Part shown: in pieces, positions 25,473-32,000 of the stretch
How positions within the stretch are numbered: position 1 is the stretch's first letter
Layout: every line of letters starts with the position of its first letter
Source: Pseudomonadaceae bacterium
GTDB lineage: Bacteria; Pseudomonadota; Gammaproteobacteria; Pseudomonadales; Azotimanducaceae
DNA length: 32,000 nt
NCBI GenBank assembly: GCA_024743435.1
Contig: JANSWO010000008.1
Coordinates: 193,491-225,490 of the forward strand
Reading direction: 5' to 3'
Notes under the pieces: generated by a model
Seen by the model: only the letters and a program-made list of their open reading frames with translations
The model's database searches: none
What the model was told of the DNA's origin: nothing
Program-made: the position numbers and the translations under genes

Positions 25473-26815
25473 GCACGCTTCTCCCGCATGGTGACAAACT
25501 CTTCCGCCGCGGTTGGGTGAATGCCGATGGTGCGATCAAAGTGCGCCTTCGTCGCGCCCGATTGCATGGCCACCGCCATGCCTTGAATGATTTCTCCCGC
25601 ATCAGGGCCTGCCATATGAATGCCGACAACGCGATCATCTGACCGGCGCACAATGAGCTTCATCATCGTCTTCTCATCGCGACCAGTAAGCGTGTGCTTC
25701 ATCGGTTTGAAGGTCGATTCAAAGACATCGATCTCGTAGCGAGCCGCGGCCTCTTCCTCAGTCAGCCCACAGGTACCGATATTGGGTTGGCAAAATACTG
25801 CGGTGGCGATGTTGTCGTAGTCCATAGTCCGGCTTTCGCCGTTGTAGAGGTTGGCCGTCAGTACCATCGCCTCGGCAATCGCAACCGGCGTCAACTGAAA
25901 GCGATCAATCACGTCACCAATCGCGTAGATACCCGGCACTGATGTCTGAAAGGCATCATCAACAATCACGGCATTGCCTTCCGAGAGCTTCACCCCTGCG
26001 GCTTCCAGGCCAAGATTCTCCGTGTTCGGCCGACGGCCAATGGCAGCCATCACGAAGTCAACGTCGAGCGTTTCGCCATTACTGAGTTTGACGCTATCGC
26101 CATCATCTGAATGCTCGAGCGATTCGACGACGGTGTTGAGATGAACCCGAATACCCTGTTTGCGGATCTCGTCGAGCACAAATTTGCGGATGCCCAGGTC
26201 AAAACCGCGAAGTGGGACATCACCGCGGTAGATAAGGTCAACCTCCGCGCCAAGCCCTTTAAATATGCCGGCAAACTCCACCGCGATATAGCCGCCGCCA
26301 AGCACCATCACCCGCTTGGGAAACTCTGGCAGATAGAACGCATCATCGCTGACGATGACGTGCTCGCTGCCCGGGAAATCAGGCCGGGATGGCCTTGAGC
26401 CGGTGGCTACCAGAATCCGCTCCGCCGTGACCTGCCTGCCATCGATTTCCAGTGTGTGTGCATCCAGCAGCACAGCCCTGCCCTCAAACAACGTCACACC
26501 CGCGTTGTCCAGCAGCGTTCGGTAGATGCCGTTCAAGCGCTCAATTTCCCGGCTCTTGTTATCGCGCAGCGTTGGCCAGTCGAAATCGTTCACTTGAGCG
26601 TCCCAGCCATAAGCGGCTGAGTCCTCAACATCGTGAGCAAAATGCGATCCGTAAACGAACAACTTCTTCGGCACACAACCGACATTGACGCAGGTACCGC
26701 CCAGGTACGTGCTTTCAGCGACAGCAACGCGGGCACCAAAGCTGGCTGCCATGCGTGAGGCGCGAACGCCACCTGAACCTGCTCCAATGACAAAAAGGTC
26801 GAAATCGTAAGACAT
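25469..26815 (-). CDS. gor: glutathione-disulfide reductase
   Basis: [16 protein letters not shown], the redox-active [13 protein letters not shown], and the C-terminal HPTAAEE dimerisation/His-Glu motif. The start is ATG at 26815 or GTG at 26827. The stop overlaps the phosphatase ATG (ATGA). Confidence 0.88.
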   Translation of the reverse strand: MSYDFDLFVIGAGSGGVRASRMAASFGARVAVAESTYLGGTCVNVGCVPKKLFVYGSHFAHDVEDSAAYGWDAQVNDFDWPTLRDNKSREIERLNGIYRTLLDNAGVTLFEGRAVLLDAHTLEIDGRQVTAERILVATGSRPSRPDFPGSEHVIVSDDAFYLPEFPKRVMVLGGGYIAVEFAGIFKGLGAEVDLIYRGDVPLRGFDLGIRKFVLDEIRKQGIRVHLNTVVESLEHSDDGDSVKLSNGETLDVDFVMAAIGRRPNTENLGLEAAGVKLSEGNAVIVDDAFQTSVPGIYAIGDVIDRFQLTPVAIAEAMVLTANLYNGESRTMDYDNIATAVFCQPNIGTCGLTEEEAAARYEIDVFESTFKPMKHTLTGRDEKTMMKLIVRRSDDRVVGIHMAGPDAGEIIQGMAVAMQSGATKAHFDRTIGIHPTAAEEFVTMREKRA

Positions 26816-27073
26816 AAAAAGAGTCACACCTGATCTGTTGAGTTGCGCCTGGAACAGAACCTTCGAACCCTAATCGAGGAACCGGCTATAGCGCGAGATT
26901 TCCTCGGCAGACTACTGCATCAAGCCCCAATTGCAATGTAGCCTGTGCATCGCATAATGCCGCCGCGTTCACTCGGTCTGCGCCCCGGCAACGACATTCG
27001 AGCGGAACGTGGCGCACTAGTAGCACGCGCCATGCAAGCCAGCGCCGGTAGAACCCAACAGTCAGGAGCAGCA

Positions 27074-28657
27074 ATGAGCAAGGAAGATTCTTCGAGCGCC
27101 AACAGCGGTGCAGCTAACGGTGCCACCCGGATGCTGCAGACGCTGGTGGATGCCGGTGTCGATACCTGCTTCACCAACCCCGGCACATCCGAGATGCACT
27201 TTGTGGCCGCAATCGATCAGCAGCAAGGCATGCGTTCGATTCTCGGGTTGTTTGAAGGCGTTGTTACCGGCGCTGCTGACGGTTATGCGCGCATGGCCGA
27301 CAAACCGGCCTGCACGCTGCTGCATCTGGGGCCTGGGCTTGCCAACGGCCTGGCTAATCTGCACAACGCTCGACGGGCGCACACGCCTGTGATCAATCTC
27401 GTTGGCGAGCACGCTACTTATCATCGCGAACTGGATGCACCACTCACCGCTGATATCAATGGTTTTGCGGAACCGGTCTCAGGCTGGATAAAGACCTGTA
27501 ACAGCGCCGATGAGCTGGCTGGCGCAGCGGCCGACGCTGTCACCGCCTCCCTCCAGCCTCCCGGTCAAATTGCTTCGCTCATTCTGCCCGCCGATACAGC
27601 CTGGACCGACACCCAGGTCACCGCAGAGCCAAATCCGCTGCCCGTTCGCACCAGCGTGACCGACGCGCAGATCGAAGGCGTCGCAGCTGTGCTGCGCAGC
27701 GGCGAGCCCTGTGTGTTTTTGCTGGGTGATATAGCCACCCGCGAGCAGGCTCTGGACACGTTGGGCAAAATCTCTGAGCACTGCGGCGCTACGTTGTTGG
27801 GCGATACATTCCTTAGCCGACAGAGCCGGGGTGCAGGACGCGTGCCCCTTGATCGCCTACCCTATTTTGCCGAGCAGGCAATTGAAGTACTGGCGCCGTT
27901 CAAGCACCTGATTCTGGTTGGAACCAAAGCGCCGGTATCCTTCTTTGCCTATCCTGGCGTGCCCAGCACACTGGCTGGTCAGGACACTCAAATTCATTCT
28001 CTTGCTGGCGTCGGCGATGATATTCACGGCGCTCTGGACGGCCTGGCTCAGGCGCTTGGCGCAGACAAGCTCGCGCCGCCCCGGGCCGAGCTTGCACTAC
28101 CAGGGCTACCCTCGGGCAGTCTGGATCTCGCCGCGATCGGCGCTGCGGTTGCGACTCTGCTGCCTGAAAATGCGATCGTTATGAACGAAGCGGCAACCTC
28201 TGGCTTTGCTATACCCGGCCCCACGGCAACGGCTGCGCCCCACGAGTGGCTCGACCTCACCGGTGGCGCGATCGGTATGGGCATCCCGGCTGCAACCGGT
28301 GCGGCCGTCGCCTGCCCGGATAGGAAGGTAGTTTGTCTGCAGGCAGATGGCAGCGGTATGTACACCCTGCAAGGGCTTTGGACACAAGCTCGAGAAGGCC
28401 TGGATGTGACCACGGTCATCTTTGCCAATCGCAAATACGCCATCCTTCAGGTTGAGCTGATGCGCGTGGGCGTGGGCAACCCGGGCCCCAAGGCATTCGA
28501 CATGCTCGATCTGTCACGGCCAGATCTGCAGTGGGTGTCCCTGGCTCAGGGCATGGGCGTGCCAGCGGAGCAGGCAACCAGCGCGGATGAGTTTGTTGCT
28601 GCATTAAGGCGCGGTCTTGAGACGCCTGGCCCATATCTGGTGGAAGTGCTCTTGTAG
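27074..28657 (+). CDS. thiamine-pyrophosphate-dependent enzyme, acetolactate synthase large-subunit-like
   Basis: N-terminal TPP pyrimidine-binding region (VDTCFTNPGTSEMHF) and C-terminal TPP motif (LQADGSGMYTLQGLWT...IFANRKY). AGGAG lies before the ATG at 27074. Upstream codons of ORF 26945.. look non-coding. Confidence 0.8.
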   Translation: MSKEDSSSANSGAANGATRMLQTLVDAGVDTCFTNPGTSEMHFVAAIDQQQGMRSILGLFEGVVTGAADGYARMADKPACTLLHLGPGLANGLANLHNARRAHTPVINLVGEHATYHRELDAPLTADINGFAEPVSGWIKTCNSADELAGAAADAVTASLQPPGQIASLILPADTAWTDTQVTAEPNPLPVRTSVTDAQIEGVAAVLRSGEPCVFLLGDIATREQALDTLGKISEHCGATLLGDTFLSRQSRGAGRVPLDRLPYFAEQAIEVLAPFKHLILVGTKAPVSFFAYPGVPSTLAGQDTQIHSLAGVGDDIHGALDGLAQALGADKLAPPRAELALPGLPSGSLDLAAIGAAVATLLPENAIVMNEAATSGFAIPGPTATAAPHEWLDLTGGAIGMGIPAATGAAVACPDRKVVCLQADGSGMYTLQGLWTQAREGLDVTTVIFANRKYAILQVELMRVGVGNPGPKAFDMLDLSRPDLQWVSLAQGMGVPAEQATSADEFVAALRRGLETPGPYLVEVLL

Positions 28658-28697
28658 ACTCCGCATTTAAACTCGCACGGATTCGAGGACGCACGAC

Positions 28698-30038
28698 GTG
28701 AGAATTACTCTGTTCGGAACAGGCTATGTAGGGCTTGTCACCGGAACCTGTTTTGCTGAGATGGGCAACGACGTGATGTGCGTCGATGTCGATAAAGACA
28801 AGATCAAAGCGCTCCTTCGAGGCGAGATCCCCATCTTTGAGCCTGGCCTGGAATCGATGGTTCAGGCAAATACGGCCAGCGGTCGCCTGGACTTCACAAC
28901 GGACGCAGCAGCTGGGATCGACCACGGCGAGATCATCTTCATCGCGGTCGGCACGCCGTCGGACGAAGATGGCTCGGCAGATCTCAAATACGTGTTACAG
29001 GTGGCTGATACCATCGGCTCGCACATGACCTCACGCAAGGTGATCGTGGACAAGTCCACCGTACCGGTGGGCACCGCAGACCAGGTTCGCGAAACGATCG
29101 TCGCTGCACTGGCCAGGCGCGGCGCTGACGTCGAGTTCGACGTAGTTTCCAACCCGGAATTTCTCAAAGAAGGCGCAGCAGTCGCGGATTTCATGAAGCC
29201 TGACCGGGTTGTGATCGGCAGTAGTGAGCAATGGTCCAAGGAAATGCTCGACCGCCTGTACGCCCCCTTTAATCGCAACCACGACAAGATCGTGCATATG
29301 GACGTTCGCTCCGCCGAACTGACGAAGTACGCAGCAAACGTGATGCTGGCCACCAAGATCAGCCTGATGAATGAGTTTGCGAATCTTGCCGAACGTCTCG
29401 ACGCCGATGTCGAAGCGGTGCGCAGGGGAATCGGTTCAGACCCGCGGATCGGTCATCACTTCATCTATCCGGGCGCCGGTTACGGCGGCTCCTGCTTCCC
29501 CAAAGACGTTAAGGCCCTTATCCATACCGCTGGGGACATTGGCTACGACGCTGAGATCATCCGCGCAGTTGAGGCGGTCAATCAACGCCAGAAACATGTG
29601 CTTGTAGACAAGATCATCGAGCATTTTGGCGGCAAGCTGGATGGTCTGACGTTCGCTCTTTGGGGCCTGGCCTTCAAACCAAACACCGATGACATGCGTG
29701 AAGCACCGGCGCGCTCCGTGATGGAGAGCTTGTGGCAACACGGCGCCAACGTTCGCGCCTACGACCCTACCGCCATGGACGAGGCACAACGCATCTACGG
29801 CAAGCGCGACGATCTGACGCTCTGCGAGAAACGCGATGAAACGCTCAAAGGCGCCAGCGCGCTCATCATCATCACCGAATGGAATCAGTTCCGCTCCCCG
29901 GACTTTGAGATGTTGCGCGGCGCACTGAAACAGCCGGTGATCTTCGATGGGCGCAATCTGTTTGAGCCTTCGATCATGCGCGATTTAGGCTTCAGTCACT
30001 ACAGCATCGGGCGTCCGTCTGTCCGCGCAGGCGAGTAG
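28698..30038 (+). CDS. ugd: UDP-glucose 6-dehydrogenase
   Basis: GTG start with GAGGA upstream. Motifs [17 protein letters not shown] (NAD) and GGSCFPKD (catalytic Cys). Length of 446 aa is typical. Confidence 0.88.
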   Translation: MRITLFGTGYVGLVTGTCFAEMGNDVMCVDVDKDKIKALLRGEIPIFEPGLESMVQANTASGRLDFTTDAAAGIDHGEIIFIAVGTPSDEDGSADLKYVLQVADTIGSHMTSRKVIVDKSTVPVGTADQVRETIVAALARRGADVEFDVVSNPEFLKEGAAVADFMKPDRVVIGSSEQWSKEMLDRLYAPFNRNHDKIVHMDVRSAELTKYAANVMLATKISLMNEFANLAERLDADVEAVRRGIGSDPRIGHHFIYPGAGYGGSCFPKDVKALIHTAGDIGYDAEIIRAVEAVNQRQKHVLVDKIIEHFGGKLDGLTFALWGLAFKPNTDDMREAPARSVMESLWQHGANVRAYDPTAMDEAQRIYGKRDDLTLCEKRDETLKGASALIIITEWNQFRSPDFEMLRGALKQPVIFDGRNLFEPSIMRDLGFSHYSIGRPSVRAGE

Positions 30039-30100
30039 ACACCTCGTTCCAGCGAGGCAGGAAGCAGAGTGTGCTCACTTTGAGCGCGCCCTGCGTCTGC

Positions 30101-31606
30101 TCAGTTTACGGACGCATCCTCAGCCGACGCAGTAAACAGCAGGGCCTGAAGATCTGACGGATCGGCAAGATACAAAGGCTCCTGGCTCTCCAGCCAAAGA
30201 TCCACCGCCAGGTCACGTTCCTGTGCCGCTTTGGTATCGATCTGCCAATACTGCAGCCAGTTGTCCTGCCACTCCCGGCACCAGGGCTGATGCGAGCTAA
30301 GCGAGCACACTGGCTTTTTGCCGCGGTCACGCTCAGGCAATGCAAAGTGGTCGCCAACGCGCTCGTCCAAACGTTTTTCAAACGGCAGCCTCAACCAGAA
30401 ACGACTGCCGCGACCGGGCTTGGACGTTGTCTCGATGTCACCGCCCATCGTATCCAGCAGGGCTTTGACGATCGACAGACCCAAGCCGCTACCTATTGAA
30501 GCACCACCAACCAGCGAATCTGCAGCCTCCTGGCTATCGCTTGTACTGAGTTGGGTGTATGGCTCGAAGATCTGCTCAAGCTGTTCGCTCGACATGCCGA
30601 CTCCAGTATCGCTCACTTCCACACTGAGCCCACGCTCTTCACGCAGCCGTACCAACAACCAGCCATCGCGCGTGTTCTTGATTGCGTTGCTCAGCAGGTT
30701 AACGAGGATCTGACGCAGTTGGGTGGGCTCGCCATACCAATAGCGCGGTAGATTCGGCGACAGATCCAACAGCAACCGATTACCGCGCAGAGCTGCATCA
30801 TTCACCATCCATCGGCAAACGTCTTCAGACAACTCAAGCAAGTCAAACTGCTCCTCGCGCAGTACAAACTGGCCGGCCTCCATGCGCGCTAAATCCAACA
30901 CGTGATTGAACAGCTTGACCAGGGCATCGCTACCCTGGCGAATTGCTGTGCGCATGGATTGTTGGTTGTCGCTCAAGCCATCGGATTCGAGCAGATCGGC
31001 AGCGTTGCTGATTGTCATCAACGGTGTGCGCAGCTCATGACTCATGATGGCAAGAAATCGTGCACGAGCACGCTCGGCGGATTGCGCCGTGGCCAGCGCT
31101 TCGCGCATGGACTGCTCTCGCCTGTCGCGGTTGAGCAACACATAGTAAGCGCAGAGCGACAGCATGATGCTGACGGCGCTGACATTGATCAACGTCAACG
31201 GATGTTGCCAGAGCAAGTCCTGCGGTGACGCCCTATACGCAACCCAAAAGATAGCGAGCAGACACAGAGGCCCCCAGACGAATACGTGTTGTTTGCGGCC
31301 AAACAGCGCAACGTAAACCGGCGGCAATAAAAACCACACGACGCCAATGTGTATCAGATCCCGGTTCAGCTCCATCACGATGAGCTGATAGATGCAGAGG
31401 CTGCCGACTAACAGATGGATGGCTGCCGAGCGGCCAAGCCTTTTGTTATTCAGCTGAACAACTAGCGCGAAGATAACCTCCACCAGCAGCAGCATCGCGT
31501 TGCGAGCGGTATCCGCCAGAAGGATCACCAGCACGAAGGCTGCCCCGAGGATCAGCGGTATGAGCAGATACAGGCGCCAGGAGGTTGTGTTGTGTTCAGC
31601 ATCCAT
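30101..31606 (-). CDS. membrane sensor histidine kinase (orphan; no adjacent response regulator)
   Basis: N-terminal polytopic membrane domain. H-box FLAIMSHELRTPL. HATPase N/G boxes (LLSNAIKNT, DTGVGM, GSGLGLSIV). There is a 92-aa C-terminal extension of unknown nature. Confidence 0.85.
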   Translation of the reverse strand: MDAEHNTTSWRLYLLIPLILGAAFVLVILLADTARNAMLLLVEVIFALVVQLNNKRLGRSAAIHLLVGSLCIYQLIVMELNRDLIHIGVVWFLLPPVYVALFGRKQHVFVWGPLCLLAIFWVAYRASPQDLLWQHPLTLINVSAVSIMLSLCAYYVLLNRDRREQSMREALATAQSAERARARFLAIMSHELRTPLMTISNAADLLESDGLSDNQQSMRTAIRQGSDALVKLFNHVLDLARMEAGQFVLREEQFDLLELSEDVCRWMVNDAALRGNRLLLDLSPNLPRYWYGEPTQLRQILVNLLSNAIKNTRDGWLLVRLREERGLSVEVSDTGVGMSSEQLEQIFEPYTQLSTSDSQEAADSLVGGASIGSGLGLSIVKALLDTMGGDIETTSKPGRGSRFWLRLPFEKRLDERVGDHFALPERDRGKKPVCSLSSHQPWCREWQDNWLQYWQIDTKAAQERDLAVDLWLESQEPLYLADPSDLQALLFTASAEDASVN

Positions 31607-31734
31607 GCCGTTGACTTGAAACCCTTTAATGCGGCCACGAAAGCCGTGCGCCGGATCCGCACAGTACCAGCTTACGGACGACTAACCGGCAGCTTGGCCG
31701 GCGAAGACCGGGAAATTTAACAAAGCCCTTGAAA

Positions 31735-31750
31735 CTGTATTTTTATACAG
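31735..31750. promoter_or_regulatory. LexA (SOS) box 1
   Basis: CTGTATTTTTATACAG is a perfect CTGT-N8-ACAG with an AT-rich spacer. Confidence 0.75.
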
Positions 31751-31766
31751 CTACTGTTTCCGACCC

Positions 31767-31782
31767 CTGTACATAAATACAG
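31767..31782. promoter_or_regulatory. LexA (SOS) box 2
   Basis: CTGTACATAAATACAG is a perfect CTGT-N8-ACAG, 16 nt after box 1. Confidence 0.75.
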
Positions 31783-31816
31783 CTTTTCTGAGAGGCTTTT
31801 CCAGGCAATAGCGGAT

Positions 31817-31864
31817 CTAAGCAGTGGCAAGTTTAAGCAGTAGCAAGCCTAAGCAGTAACGAGC
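31817..31864 (+). repeat. 16-nt tandem repeat YTAAGCAGTRRCRAGY x3 (plus two degenerate units to 31896)
   Basis: CTAAGCAGTGGCAAGT / TTAAGCAGTAGCAAGC / CTAAGCAGTAACGAGC. Followed by the duplicated GCAACTCGAAGA at 31908-31936. Confidence 0.8.
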
Positions 31865-31975
31865 TAACACGAGAATCGCGTAAGCACGCGCCAGCCCAGA
31901 CAAGCACGCAACTCGAAGACAAGCAACTCGAAGATAAACAGCGGAAACAAGCCAGAAACACTAGAGGCTCGGTCA

Positions 31976-32000
31976 ATGACGATATTCCAAACCAATGACC
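31976..32000 (+). CDS. 5' end of an unidentified, probably SOS-regulated gene (partial)
   Basis: ATG at 31976 with GAGG 9 nt upstream. Only MTIFQTND is visible before the window ends. Confidence 0.3.

Noticed and set aside
26945-27073. 43-codon N-terminal extension of the TPP enzyme
   Set aside because: AGGAG plus the ATG at 27074 precede the conserved N-terminus. The upstream part is Arg/Ala/Gly-rich divergent-promoter sequence.

Overview
GC-rich proteobacterial chromosome segment. The LexA boxes are of the CTGT-N8-ACAG type, which suggests a gamma- or beta-proteobacterium. Core genes flank both sides. On the left (1-4344): ETF-QO, a DUF1285-like protein, a lipoprotein and moaA. On the right (17877-31606): a MurF-type ligase, sppA, a DUF1232 protein, a glutathione reductase / alkaline phosphatase / alanine:cation symporter string, a TPP enzyme, ugd and an orphan histidine kinase. 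Between them lies a 12.6-kb integrative island (4781-17398). It is bounded by perfect 57-bp direct repeats that duplicate the 3' end (terminator hairpin) of a structured, non-coding, sRNA-like locus. The island encodes a P4-type tyrosine integrase, an AlpA-like excisionase/regulator, and two winged-helix proteins next to an iteron-like repeat cluster. It also has an orphan Nu1-type small terminase, with no large terminase, capsid or tail genes. Its largest gene is a roughly 1720-aa Sec-signal Rhs/YD-repeat toxin with a two-module beta-sandwich insertion, an unrecognised 140-aa C-terminal tip and a DUF1493-like immunity gene. The left arm holds unrecognisable small genes and a coiled-coil 2-TM protein. 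I read the island as a phage-satellite-like (PICI/P4-like) element carrying a polymorphic-toxin cassette and possibly defence cargo. That reading is inference from gene content only. Directly right of the island are structured tandem repeats and a micro-ORF paralogous to one inside the island, which suggests a decayed second element. No rRNA, tRNA or CRISPR array was found.
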